DNA of 64,000 nt from Cercozoa sp. M6MM (taxonomy: Eukaryota > Protista > Endomyxa: Ascetosporea): assembly GCA_040357565.1 (NCBI GenBank), contig JBDODJ010000057.1, one strand, 5' to 3'. The notes below the pieces were generated by a model. It made no database searches, was not told the DNA's origin, and saw nothing but the letters and a program-made list of their open reading frames with translations. Below are positions 30,233 to 45,864 of the stretch, one piece after another (the first letter of the stretch is position 1; each line of letters begins with the position of its first letter). The position numbers and the translations under genes were made by a program.

Positions 30233-30986
30233 CCTGAACGGAAGTAACGGTAACTGCGGTATATTACCGACTGACAGGTGAAGCCGGTACCGCACCCTAA
30301 AAGAGCGGCAGCTACGCCGATCTGCTGCGCTCGGTTCCAAGTCCGACGAGTAGGTTTATTCCCCCTCCCCCAAGTTAGCCCAGTCACTTCCTCAACTTCT
30401 CTGTAGAGAAGCAGTAGACGGAACTGGACCAACATTAACACACAAACTTGCCGTTCGACTTTTTGTATTCGAACGGAGCTCTTAATTCAAAGCCTGGAAT
30501 TCAAAGCCTGCCTCACGTCGGACTCGAACGGGCACTTGTCGACCTCCGATCGACTGAGTTTAAATCACATCTGATGATCGTTTTTCTTTTACCTTGGTAC
30601 AATTAACTACTTCACTGTACAAATGAGGTAGCTCTTCTCGTTGTTGTTCACTCTCAGATGGGGATTAGGCCTGGTACTCGCCAATACAAAAAACCCAACG
30701 ATTCAGTTGGGCGGCAAAGCACTGGGAGATGGGAAAGACACCCGTCAGATGCTGTTTTTGAGTTTGCAACAACTCCACACCTCTCTTGAGGTATTTCAGA
30801 AGTCTTAAAGTGGCTTCCGTATGGATACAGTAGATCATTTGCAACAAAAAACTACTAACCAACTAACTGACGGTCAAAAGTAGACTGCCCTAGTACGTGT
30901 AGACTGGAACAATGAACTAAATTAACGTAAACCTTGTCGCACTCGCGTCAAGGTGAAACGTGTCGCTAAAACGGCGAGCGCGGTCT

Positions 30987-31473
30987 CTAGAGTCCGATGA
31001 ACTTGACGGACTCGCAGGCGATGGCCTGGCAGTGGTGGGTGAGCTGCCACTCGACGCAGGCGCGCCAGATCACGCGCGACTGCAGCTTCCGGAACTCGCG
31101 CTCTGCTTCCTGCGCAAGTCGTGGTCAACGGAGGTTAGTAGAACTAAATGCACATGCACAAGAAACCAATCAAACAAAACTTAAGTTTACATGCAGCTGC
31201 AGCCGGTCTTCCTCCTGCGGTAGCTGCTCTTGTTGTTGTTGTTCCTGTGATGATGGCAACTCCAAATGTTGCCCTTGCTGCAACTCAAGCTGTTGCCCTT
31301 GCTGCAACTCCTGTTGTTGCTGCTGTTGATCCTGTTGAGACACACAAAAGGAAGTGTTACGAGAATACAACGAAACGACGCACAAGGAACACACATGCAG
31401 TAGCAGTCGGTTCTCCTCCTGCAGTGACTGTTCTTGCTGCTGCACTTGTTGCTGTTGTTGCTGCTGCTGCTGC

Positions 31474-31519
<46 letters not shown>

Positions 31520-31531
31520 GNNNNNNNNNNG

Positions 31532-31577
<46 letters not shown>

Positions 31578-32372
31578 CGTCGTCGTCGTTGTTGTTGTTG
31601 TCGTTGCTGCTGCTGCTGCTGCTGCAGTTTCTGCTGCTCTCGCTGCAGCAGCTCCTGCTCAATCTCCTGGCGGTGGCGCTCGAAGGAGCGGTCGAACGAG
31701 TCGACGCTGAAGAGGTCGGTCGCCGGCGGTCGCACCGTCGAGCTCGCCATCGTGATCGTCATCGAGCTCATGCTGTACTCGCGCACTCGGCCCTCCCACT
31801 CGACTCGTGCCTCCTGTCCCGACGAACGGCTCAGCAGGCGTCGCACGCTGCGCATGCCTCGCTGCCACCGTGTCTGCGTGCACAAGCACAGTGCCACATC
31901 ATGACACTTTATTGTGATACAAGGTATACAGTGGCAAGGAAGAGCCACGGAACGCACCTTGATGGAGCGAACCAACGAGTTGCGCGGAGAAGGCGAACGG
32001 CGCGGCACCAGTCGGCGTCGCAGCCGTCTCACGTGGCGTCGCACTCGGCGTCGCGTGCGGCGCAGCCAGCGTGTGGCCTGGAACTGTGCATGCCACACGG
32101 CAAGTACGTATTCTCCGCAAACAAGCAGCAAACAAAAGGTCTGAACACAAAACACAAGCACAAGCAACACTAACACTAACACTAACACAAACACCAAACA
32201 CGAACAATAACAAAGACACAACACAAAAAACACACAAAACCACAAACACAAAAAGACAAAACACACGGCGGGTGAAACGCAGAGAAAACGCCACAAAACC
32301 AGTGCTGGCGCATCCAAAAAACCGTGTGCAGCATACTAGGCGTGCGTACGCATGCTGGACACAACATACCAT
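30987..32372 (-). CDS. Hypothetical protein: Arg-rich N-terminus, polyQ centre
   Basis: GC-rich exons joined by GT-AG introns; (CAA/CAG)n tract; last exon EAEREFRKLQSRVIWRACVEWQLTHHCQAIACESVKFIGL*. Confidence 0.55.
31440..31626. repeat. (TTG/CTG)n trinucleotide repeat encoding polyQ on the - strand, with N gap
   Basis: Directly visible. Confidence 0.9.
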
Positions 32373-32967
32373 GTTGGGTCAAACGGTAAAAACGCGTCCT
32401 AGGTCTCTCGGTCGGTTCTACTAGTCGTACACTCTCGTCAGTGTCGAAAGAACAAACCAATGCTGCGTGCTGAACGGAAAATCTATTTTCTCTAGTTTTG
32501 GGCCGTGCGGACTGGCTACAACTCCGCGCAGACACCAGCAGCGGCCCTGTCGTACCCACAGGTGGTTTCGCAGCGCCAGACACCCGGTACAGCACTCTCC
32601 GTAAAACACGAGAAACGTCCCACTCAGCAAATGCACTGCTAGAATGGTGACGCAGACAGGCGCAGTGGCGTCCCACAGCATCACACAGTCCATGCGGCGC
32701 CACCAGACACGCGCCCCCACAACGGAGCAATTTTTTAATCAATTGGCCCTCATTTTTTATCAATTGGTGCTCATTCTGAGACACTTGTTGACAGTAGACC
32801 ACTATGGAAGCAGCCACCACAAGTGCGCTGCAATTCAAACAGCCCCGGCATACCGAAGTGTCTAATTGACAACGCTACAGCCACCAATTCGGCGCGGCGG
32901 AACTTTGTTTATTTTTGGCGTAGCCATGCAGTCGTTTCAGCACTTGTGCCCGGTGTCCTGCAGCCGC

Positions 32968-35205
<2,238 letters not shown>

Positions 35206-35849
35206 AAAACAGCCACGTTATACTCAATAAAGCAAGCCTGGACGCCGTCCCATTTGTGAACTTGACTGTTTTTCAAATACTTCAGGAGTGTTGTCGCTTT
35301 TGTGGGGTTTCTCGTCCCAGGGCAAAAACGCTGCATGCAGCACGATGCAGTGTGCTGCGCGTTGTACACATAGATGCGTTAGTAGGAACCACAAACTGAA
35401 GGCAGCTCGTCTTCTGTCCGGGTGAATTTTAGATGCATGCAACGGCGGCTGTGGACTCGGAATCAATCTGGTCGCATGCAAGATCTTCTTTTGCTGTCGA
35501 ATTGCGCAGCAGACATGGCGTATCTTTCAGCCTTGTATTTGATGGCCTTGTCTAGTTTCAGTTTTTTTTTGCTCTTTTGGCTCAGTACGGCGACGCTACA
35601 GGCCTGCGTGTCTATGAACACTTCGCTGTGCGGCCCAAGTCCGCACACGCACAATCATCGTTTCCTCTTGACCTAAAAAAGATCAGGCACTTTGAAAAGC
35701 GGCCTCAAACTGCGCGAGAACGCGTAATCTCACAAACCATACGGCGTGAAACGTGAGTTGTCCAATTACACCAATACCCCGAGAGCTGTTCACTGTCCTG
35801 CTGTTAATTTATCGACTTGCGTCTGTTCAGAAAAAAGCCGCCATTTTTG

Positions 35850-38342
35850 CCTGCAGGAAGCGCCTCAGAGAAACCAAAGAGGAGATCTCAAAGCACACAG
35901 TCGATTAAGAATGCGAGAAACAAGCGTACGACGAAGAAACTGCAAGTGATTGGAAACTCGAGCTCTCAGACCGCAACTGCCGAGAAGTATCGACTGCAAC
36001 AAGAACTGCCTCAAAACGACATCCTCACGGTTAACGTTTCGCAGCGTTCAACTACAACAAGAAAGGACAGTTCCGGCGACAAAAAATACGATGACACTTG
36101 CGACATCTTACAATTGACTTCTGGCGGATTCACGTCGGAACGGTTCTCGCAGCGAATAGCACCTCTTCAACGCGGCGTTGAAGGCATCCGCATTCAGTCA
36201 GAAGCACCATTTATCAAAGCACTGCGTCTGCACCTCGCAAAGTCTGCGCTCGATGTTTCCGAGCATCAGCAACGAAGACTCGAGACTGCGTACACTGCAT
36301 ATACATAGCTGATGGTCAGGATGTACCGTAAGAGGCTTAAATTCCGCGATCATTATGCTCAGTATTGCCGTGCTGTTTCGAAACGCGCTGAAACAGAACA
36401 CTCGACAACTACTGCACATGTTTGAAAAGGTACTGTACTCTAATGTTCGTTACTGTATGACTAATGATGGCATGGAGAGACTTAAATTATTTGCAGTCAC
36501 TGCCGCGAGAACCGCTAGTTCCTCCTCCACAGGAGCGAGTGAAGAAAAAGACGGCGTTTGAGGAACAGAAGGAACAGCGAATGAAACAGCAGAAAGTACA
36601 GCGATTAGAACGACTTCTCCAGGCACAAGTGGAGAGAGCAGATCGCGAGCGCAAAACTGTCGCAATGCTAAAACACAGGTAAATGACTGTACCAAAGCAC
36701 AGTGCCGTCGTGCGATAAATGTTGCAAGCTTGCTGCACTGTGTGCTTCATGTATCCCAGAGTAAAGCGACTGCAGCAAAGCTTGTTGGAAACGTCCGGTG
36801 CGATGATCAAGGACAAGCTCAAGTATACTTGAATAACTCTTCTGCAATTTTGCGTGAGCGAAGTTTGGCTTTTCTCGCTGCATTTCTCTCGTAGACATCG
36901 CCGAGAGGACAGAAATATCAAACAGATGTGCCAGGAGTTTAAAACTTCTCAATTGGAAAGCACCGGCCTTAAAACCTCGCTGAAAACTGAGACAGAAATG
37001 AATGAGGAAGACAGCGTCGAGGACTTCGAATTCAAGGCGACCGAAGTTGACGACTCTCGTTTAGCGTTCTACGCTGAGGTCGTGCAACCCAACTCGAGCG
37101 AAATCAAGACAGAATCAAGGGAAGACACAGGCAACGACAAGGTTGTCCTTTCAAGCGGGTCACATCTTTGTGTCAATGGAGAAGCGCAGTCGCTTCGCAG
37201 GTGTAGGTCCGTCGACAGCTTTCCCAGACAGAGTGCTCTGCGTCACAGTAGAGCCAGCGAGCTTTCGCTTGAAGGACATGGCTTTTCTTCTCAAACGAAG
37301 ACCAAACTGTCGGTAAACTACAACATAAACTGGAACTGAATATGCTGCTTTCCTGTGAGGTCAGTCTCAATCTTTGCTAGGTGTTGAATGCACTTTTGAG
37401 GAAAGACAGCGAAACACAGCGACACCACTTGTCTGACACGTGCGTCCTGGATAAAAACAGCTGATAGAAAAACCACGATTTGATTTGCTTTGCAGAGTGC
37501 AGCACACTGTGGTTGAAATGCGGCGTGTCATTGGAGAACGGTAAAGACATACAGTACCACTCATGCAAAAGGAAGATGTTGCAGTCATTTGTGCGAGTGT
37601 TCGTAGAGATGAATTGCAACGTCGCCTTCAACTCCAGCGGCAAGAACAAAGCGCCATACTCAAACGAATTCATCATCGACACCAAGAGGAGCTGCGTCTC
37701 CAGCGCGACAAAGCGCGAGTGCAGGTAAATACACATACAACACTGTATGCTGTACCACACGAGACTTGCATAACCTTGCTTCTCAGTTAGAGAAACTGAC
37801 GAAGCAATACACGCAAGCTCGTGCCCGAATCCAGCAACTGGTACTGAAAATTTAGCCTGACCAAAGCCGCAGCGCGACTGAGGTTCGGTTTAAAACACTG
37901 TGTGCGATTGCAGGAAACGTCTGCAGACGTGAAAACTGCTCGTCGACTGGCCGAGTATTCGATCGAGGTGGCGACCCGCGTGCGCGAAGACCTCGCTGCC
38001 GATGTGACATGTCGCGCCTGTCTGCGTCTGCTCGTTGATGCGCGTCTCATCGTACGGTGTGGACATGCGTTCTGCAGCCAGTGTCTCCAACAACATCGCG
38101 GACGCTGTCCCGAGTGTCAGCCCGCCACCGACCGCGCTGCCACCAAGGACGTGTCGTCGGAGTCGTTCGAACTGCTTGCTCCGCGAGTTCAGCCACTGGA
38201 CAATATCTCGACTCGTTTCTTGGTGTGGAAAAACACTCTCGATGGCCTTCGCAACGAACTGAAGAAGCGGTACGTCGTTGGACACCAACTACTTTCGTAG
38301 TACAGTACCGGCGCCAGCGACGCCGTTCCGTTCAACAGTTAA
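35850..38342 (+). CDS. Coiled-coil protein with C-terminal RING-HC finger
   Basis: TCRACLRLLVDARLIVRCGHAFCSQCLQQHRGRCPEC (C3HC4); charged coiled-coil exons upstream; boundaries approximate. Confidence 0.6.
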
Positions 38343-38461
38343 AAATATCATGTTTCTAGTACTGTACAGTTCGAACGTTCGTCAGGCCGCCGTGCGATTG
38401 AAATCGAATACGTAATTGTAACTCATGGCGCAGTTTCGTACGGTACGTGCGCATGCATCGA

Positions 38462-40108
38462 TCAGAGTTCAGGTAGTGACATGCTCTCAAATGGCCTCGT
38501 TTCCGACAATGCGGAGCGATGTGCCACGATGAGGTAGCACGGCGACATGAGTCCTGCCTTTCCTGCTCGCACCAACGTGTCTCTGAATCAGCCAAGCAAC
38601 AAACACATCAAAAGATCAACCGACTATTTGAGATACGAAGGGGTTGTACCTCATCCTGACAAGCTGTTCGAAGTTATGTTTTGCGCTCTGCGAGATGAGT
38701 CGAAATGTTCGCAGTGTACGCACCCTAAACAAAGCAACGACACTCATGTTCCAACTGAGAAGAGAGTGCGTGTACACAAAGGCGAGGGAATCGAGTGTTG
38801 TGCGCGAATGCAGCCACGTCTCGGCGTCCCAGCCACCGCAGCACCGAAGGCGACGATCCAGCGACGAATACCACGGCATGTCACCAAAGTTGCCCATGTC
38901 GTACTACGTGCCAGTGCACCACAACGTTCTACTTCTACGATTGACAACTTGAGAAACCTTACGTGTGTGTCGATCGTCAAACCACTCGCTCGAACGAGAT
39001 CAATCAAGTCTACCAACAGCTTTCTTGCTTCACGAAAAAACAAAGGGCAACATACCGAAAGCATGAATCAACGGTGGGATTCGCAACATCGGAAGTTGCA
39101 TTGTCTTCCTTCGGCCACCTGGCGATGAGGCAAACTCGTTCTGCTGCGGCAGTAACAACCAGTCGCATACGACGAGTCGACCTTGCGGCCGAAGGACACG
39201 GCGGATTTCCGCCAGTAGCTTTCGCTTTTGCCTAACCAGTGATGTACTGCTATCTAGAAAGGGAAACGGGAGAAAGCTTCACTTACGCGAAAGGCAGTTC
39301 GTAAACACTCTCGAGAGAAATCACGCCGTCCACAGTGCCTGGTTTCAACAAAGTAACTCAATTCAGTAACGGGAGTGCAGACAAAGAAATAATATCAATA
39401 CCATCTTCAACAAACGAGAGATCGCACATGTCGCTGCGATGAGTTAATGAAGCAAAGTGAAAGAAAGTTTCAAGACAAGACGAAAATCGGAAAGGAAACA
39501 AGAATACTATACCCGTGATGTACTGCTATCCTATCCTGCAGTCCTACCTGTTCCACGCAATTTCTCGCTTCCTCCACCTAAACCGCAGGATTGAGGTCAA
39601 TGTCAATGCCGCCCGCGCGGAAGAGAAAACTGACCTGATGCAGTTGCTTATTGACGGCGACAATCCGACAAGTTCGCAAAAAGCGGGCAAAGCGGATAGC
39701 CGGTGCGCAAATGCCACAACCAAGGTCCTAATTGTGCAAACTTGACTGCTGTTGGTGACGCAAGAAGGGAGGGAAGTTCAACATGCGCACCAGCAGCAAG
39801 CCGTCCTCCGGAAGCTGCAGATGCGTTGCAAGTGCGTGCTCATGTCTCAGCTAAACCCAGGAATGTAATTTTCAGTGCACAGTGGTATCTCTGGAAACGA
39901 AAACCTGCGCTTCGGCAAAGCTTTCGCCTGTATCTCGAGGCGCAAAGTGAAAGGCAGGCGACCAGCCGGTTTTGAAAGCAGATGTCGCTTTGCGTTCTGC
40001 TGCTTCTCCTTTAACACCCATGCTAGATACACGCCGATCAACTGCCTCTAGCCGAGTATTGCATGAAAGGGAGATGAAACAATTGCTTATCAGTTTAGCC
40101 AGATGCAT
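38462..40108 (-). CDS. Sterol 24-C-methyltransferase-like (SMT/ERG6), divergent
   Basis: GWSPAFHFAPRDTGESFAEAQ-LRHEH, DLGCGICAP, EIRRVLRPQG..VCDW, MPWYSSL, LVRAGKAGLMSPCYLIVAHR (Sterol_MT_C-like). Confidence 0.8.
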
Positions 40109-40158
40109 GACCTGGTCGCTTTGAGTGATCTAATTTACTAAAACAGAGCCTAAGTAGA

Positions 40159-41865
40159 ATGAGAAGACACTTGGTGCAGCGTCGTAGCATTGCATTCATA
40201 TTCCCCGGACAAGGTCGCTGCCACTTTCTGGGTACTCTTTTTTGTGCAGACTTGGGTGCTGTTGTACAGGCGCGCAGCATGTCGGCATGGCTCGCGACTT
40301 GCACGAACACAGCGCCGCTGCCAGGTACGCATGTTATCCGGTTGCCTTCAGTACGGGCAAGTGTCCCGTTCAGACTGGTGATGGAGCAAGCCGATCGTAT
40401 TCTGAAGCGTTCGCTGTCGCACACGATGTTCCAGGGGCCTTCCGAGAGACTGAATCGCACAGAGAATGTACCAGTGTGACAAAGGCACTGTCCATGTGTC
40501 GATTGGTGTGTGATACGCGTTGTGTGAGTGCAGGCACAGCCGGCACTCTTTGTGCACTCGGCCATGGCGATGGCGGCGCTGCAAGAGACGCTGCTGGAGA
40601 GTGGTGCCTTTTCTCTGCGTCTCCATGTTGTTTTCTCCACTCCCTGTGCACTGTTTGCTCTTTTAATTTTGCTCCCCTCCCTGTACAGACGTGCCAGACG
40701 AGGTGTGGCGCAACGAGAGCGTGTACGCCGGTCACTCGCTCGGCGAGTTCTCGGCGCTGCACGCCGCCGGGTGTCTAGACTTTGGTACCCTCACACTGGC
40801 ACGTGGTGATCGTCGAATGATCAGTGGTCACTGAGTGTTCACAAAGTGACCACACACAAGTGTGGGTGTGCAGAAACGGCGCTGCGACTGGTGCAGGTGC
40901 GCGCCGGTGCCATGCAGGAGTGCTGCGACCGTCACGCCGGCAGTATGGCCGTGCTGATGCCGGTGACTGATGTCGATGCCATTCACCGTCTCTGTACTGA
41001 GATCACGTGCGATCAAAGTGATCACAGTGATCAAAATGATCGAGTGGTCACTGTGGCCAATATCAACACGGCCGCGCAGGTCGTCGTCAGTGGACATCGC
41101 GACTGCGTCGAACGCGCCATGCGACTGGCCAAAGGTTTTACCCCCTTGTTCCATTTTACCCCCCCCCCGATTTATTCTCTGACCTTGGTTTGCACAGAAC
41201 GAAGGAAGCAAACCGGCGTGCGAAAGGCGACGCTGCTGCCCGTGTCCGGTGCCTTCCACAGTCCTCACATGCAGGTGTGTGTACCGCCTGAGTCTCTCTT
41301 CACCTCTCTCTTTACCCCTCTCTTTACTCCTCTCTTTATGTCTCTCTTTACCCCCTCTATACCTCCCTCTATACCCCCTCTATACCCCTCTTTACCCCCT
41401 CTATACCCCTCTTTATACCCTCTCTATACCCCCCTCTTACCGCCCTCCAACCCCCCCCCCACAGGAGGCCGTACGCGTGATGACCGACACACTGGCGGAC
41501 ACAGAGTTCGCCGACATCGATGCCGCCACGCTCGTGCTGTCGTCGTCGACGGCGCGGCACTTCCGCGCGGACGCAGATGAGTTGCGACAACAGCTGGCGC
41601 AGCAGGTGGTGCAGCCCGTGCGGTGGCAGCAGTGCACCGAGCTGCTGTGCCGCGACAACGACCTCGTCGTACAGGTCGGCACTGGCGACGCCTTGTGCGC
41701 CATGACGAAACGCACGTGTCCCAACACGGAAACCTTGTAGGTTGTCCTGTACCCCTACCCTCTCCCTATCCCATGTATGCTGCTGATACTGGTACCTCTT
41801 GCTTGCTCAGTGCCATCTCGACCGCCGATGATGTTCGCGAGCTCGCATGGTGTTTCTTGGCTTAG
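40159..41865 (+). CDS. MCAT: Malonyl-CoA:ACP transacylase (mitochondrial-type FabD)
   Basis: AFIFPGQGAQHVGM, AQPALF, AGHSLGEFSAL, VANINTAAQVVVSG, LPVSGAFHSPHM, QPVRW; short basic N-terminus. Confidence 0.93.
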
Positions 41866-42295
41866 TGTACATGTTACAAGTGTGTTACGGCATTGCGTTT
41901 CTCAACCAGTCAAGTTGTCATCTGACTACTCGTCAGCGCGGACGATATAATCTGAACCAGTAGTGCAGGATTTGCTTTGCTAGGTATCTCCTGCATTACG
42001 TCCTGAGGCTTCTACCTTGCATTGTTAAGTGTTGTGCAGACCTGACTTCCTAGCTTGGGTCAAGCTTTCTACAGCTCACGCACTTTAACTGCAGATATCT
42101 CTTCCCCAGCTTTGACCCTTCGCACTTGATACGCCGTGATAGTCGTTTTACTTCCTTTATTTAGTCGTCTTCAATACCTTAGTTACTGGTTTCCATACCG
42201 TAACACGAACAGTTTTGGCTGGACTGACGTGACTATTTCTACTCGTACAGTAAGGAACCTATTTAAAGGTCAACGAGAAGCGAAAGAAGGCGGGG

Positions 42296-43010
42296 TCAGG
42301 AGGCAGCAGCATTGTGCGGCGGCAGCTCGGAGGCAGGCGTCGCGTTGAGCACGGTCTGCGCCGTCGCTGCTGTCGCTCCTGAGGCGGCCAGAAGCTGCGT
42401 CATGTCGCTCAGTTTCTCCTCGCGTTGCTGCGGCAGAAACACACACGAACGTCAATCTTTTGATCCTCTCGCTTTTTTTTTACGAGTTAAGTTGCTTGCT
42501 CATATACGGTATCGTTAAGTAGTGGCCGCCCAGGGTCTCGCTGTAGCACCGGCAACAGTCGCGTGTCCTCTATCCAAACATGCGTGCGTTAGACCCACCT
42601 CACTGATTCCCAGACCGCCAGAGTGAACCGCAAACAACCATGGTCGGCATAGCGATCGTTGCCTTGTGCGCTTCGTTTCGTCTCTCTCTTTTTGCTGTTC
42701 TGGTCAGAGCAAAAAACAAGGACTGGTGACTCATGACTGAACTCGTGTCGCGATCAGACACACCTCTGGGAGTGAGCCCATGTCGACATTACGCCGAGCC
42801 AACTGCTCCGGCTCTTGCACGAACTCGAAAAGCGCCGTTGAGTCGTTCAGACTGCATGTACAGTCAACGGTCAAAACGAACAACAACCCCGCCGACACAG
42901 AAGGACGCTTACGTCGGAGCACAGTAGCGTGCGACGTCCTCGCGCAGCTGAAAGGCGCCCAGCAGGTCCTCATGGCCACGCAGGCCGGCCGCAGCTGACG
43001 GGAGCGACAT
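42296..43010 (-). CDS. Small multi-exon protein, weakly Mediator MED19-like
   Basis: Five exons splice in frame: MSLPSAAAGLRGHEDLLGAFQLREDVARYCAPT-LNDSTALFEFVQEP...; similarity to MED19 is from memory only. Confidence 0.45.
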
Positions 43011-43263
43011 CTACGTCACACAACATCAACATTAGTCACGCAGAAAACGGACTGGCACACCAGCGAGTCGACCAAAAAGACAGGAAGCCTTCCTGCAGAA
43101 ATTAGTGCTCTTGTCACGAGTACTACTGGCCCTCTATCGCAAGCACGGACGGACACACACTAAACCTACAGTAAAGTACTGCTTGCTCGCACTGGGGGGG
43201 GGGGGGTGTCCCAGTGCAACATTTGCTTGTCCTGTCAGACAAGGTGAGTTTGGGTGAGCCCAA

Positions 43264-43545
43264 ATGGCGAGCAGCGATGACGACGAGCGCGCCTTGGATG
43301 CAGCCATCGCGCAGGTTCTGCTGCTGCGGCAGTCGCTGAATGATGGCATCGCACTGGCCGCCGGCGGCCGAGGCAGCGCAGCCGAGTTGGACCACTGGCA
43401 GCACGAGGCGCAGCAGCAAGTGACGCGACTCGTCGAATCGATCCAAGCGGCTACTCTGGTCGAACAGCAGATCAAGAAACGCGAGCAGCTTCTCTCGACG
43501 ACCGACAAGGACGCCGACGTGTCCTACGAACTGCCGACGTCGTAG
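43264..43545 (+). CDS. Small helical/coiled-coil hypothetical protein (93 aa)
   Basis: Clean ATG-to-stop GC-rich ORF with host-like codon usage. Confidence 0.6.
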   Translation: MASSDDDERALDAAIAQVLLLRQSLNDGIALAAGGRGSAAELDHWQHEAQQQVTRLVESIQAATLVEQQIKKREQLLSTTDKDADVSYELPTS

Positions 43546-43745
43546 ACTCGTTGCTTAGGTTTACTACGCTACGCTAGGACATGCATGTTCGGTTGGTTTT
43601 AACTGCGAGTACGTCTACGGATACAGTAAAGAAGAACCGGATGATGATTAACGTATCCATGTCGACGGATACAGTACTGTATCAACGGATGCCTGGATGC
43701 ATTGCGTGTACAGTACACTGAGTTTTGATCGCTCTGTCTTTTTTG

Positions 43746-44512
43746 CTACAGTCCTGTACGATGCTGGCACTGGAATTGAATGAATCTGGGAAAGAAACGA
43801 CGACGTCGTGCTAATTGCCGACCAAGAGACACGGTGCTAGTAGTGTGGTGGTAGTTAAGTACTGATACTATAACTGGAGTCGGTAACCACGACATGATGA
43901 GCTCTGTCATGCAGCTTCTGTACTGCGGTAGTGCCGATAAAGACTCCAGGACTTTATATTTCGGTTCCAACACTTCTGTAAATTATGTTCATTGAAGAGT
44001 AAAACCAGGCGGTAACTGGTCGTAGATCGCGTTAGGTATTTTAAGCACTACATAGTCTGTCCAAACACGGAAGGAGAATACAATCAATATACGATCATGT
44101 ATTCGCAGACACTGCTGTAAATTTACCTGAGCGCGAAGCACGCGAGGTTCGTGAGTCCGAACGCTCGGTACTCTGCCTTTTGTTGTACACACCGCGAGGA
44201 TTCCGCTGGATGCGAGAATCGTCGCTGCTCGCAGAGGCGACATGGAGGTTCCTTGCCGCACCGCACCGCAGCGATGGCAGGACAGGTGGTGTGTCTTCAG
44301 AGCACTGACTCGTGCTCGTGTCGGTGGCCGTGTTGCGGCGCTTAGACTTGATCTCACTGACTTTTTCGCCGCCACCTCGCAGGCGTCCAGTTCGCTCAAT
44401 ATGACGTATTCCGGCTGCAGCACAGATACACACGCAGACCAGCACGATCACCAGCAGGATCGGTATCACTACGCAAGTTTCAGGATGTCCAGTTGACACA
44501 CACACACACACA

Positions 44513-44576
<64 letters not shown>

Positions 44577-45443
44577 CACACACACGCACAGGGAAAGTTA
44601 TTGTCGTCATGTCCTGTACAGTACCGCAATCGAGTATGCTGTAAAAGAATCCCTCAGTTGACCTCTCCTCCATGTGTTGAGGCGACACAAGCGTGTGTCG
44701 TTTCGCGTGCCGTCTGTGACCGCGACTCACGTCGGGCCCGCCTTTTCTCCGCCTTTGTGGCCTCTCGGGCGGAGGAACAGCAGGCCGGGTTTCGGGAACT
44801 TCCATGGCAGAATGCGTTGGCGCGACTGCTAGATGCCGCGGAACGTACACTTGTGTCCTTTCCCCACGTACTCTAAAATGGCAATCGTCTCAACACGCGT
44901 ACGTAGACGACTCAACATAAGAACAATCTTACACTCCTGGGACAGCGATGTATTCAACGGGTTCCGAGTTTGGACTCGAAACGGACCGTACGTGCACTGG
45001 AGCCTCACGAGGTCGGTTCTCTTCGCTTTGCTCGCTCGCCCTGACTGCGGGTGCTCCCTGTTGCACTGTCTGCTCAGAGACAACAGCGCGTACACGAGTA
45101 CATCGGGCGATTTGACCATCGTAACCGCGACTCACCCTGCTGCCGATGCGGCCGTACGACAATGATTGCACGCGCCCCAATCTCACCTGTACGGTAGGTG
45201 TCAATATAAGTGACAAGTCAGAATCGATGGACCATCGACACGATATGTAAAGCCTCAACATCGTGGTTTGACAGTGACAACAGGCACCGACTGTACCTGA
45301 TCAACATCAGCAGTCATGGCATCAGCAAGCACGTGTGACTTGAAGAAACACATCGTCAACAGCGCAACGAGCCAGCGCTGACGTCGCCGTCGACACTGGA
45401 AACGTCTGGGCCTAAGTTCGCGCATATCACAGGCACACAGCAT
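43746..45443 (-). CDS. Hypothetical single-pass membrane protein
   Basis: Several ORF segments, hydrophobic VVIPILLVIVLVCVCICAAAG; exon structure unresolved. Confidence 0.4.
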
Positions 45444-45864
45444 GAACTTCGCCTGCTCTGCAATCTAGACTTAGATTCCAGTTTGTGTCGCAAAACGAAT
45501 GCACACATGCGACATTTCGGACTTTCTGGCAAAACTGCTTCACAAACTCAACTGAAAGTGAACCCTCGCTCTCGCCCCCCCCCCAAATTTAGTTCACATT
45601 CGAGTTGACAGTCGACAAATTCAGTCAGTTTAAATAATTAAGTGAGTGCTCTCCAGTATTTGAAGTTTACAGGTAAGAACTGTGCGCGACTTGACGTACT
45701 TCCACAGTGCCTGAGTGTAAACTAAGGCAGTTCGGATCTGTCGAGCGTGTGGACATCAATCATTAAGGATTGGAAATCAATGATTCCCCTTAAACCTACT
45801 ACATGCACAGTCTGTTAACACGACACAGTACTCGACTGGAATCGGTGGTAAAATCGGGTGGTGA

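Noticed and set aside
41281-41460. Telomere-like repeats
   Set aside because: The unit is TTTACCCC-like, not CCCTAA/CCCTAAA; degenerate and intronic
43634-43725. Possible box C/D snoRNA (ATGATGA...CTGA) with palindrome GATACAGTACTGTATC
   Set aside because: Weak terminal stem and no rRNA-complementary guide recognised; needs snoscan or small-RNA data
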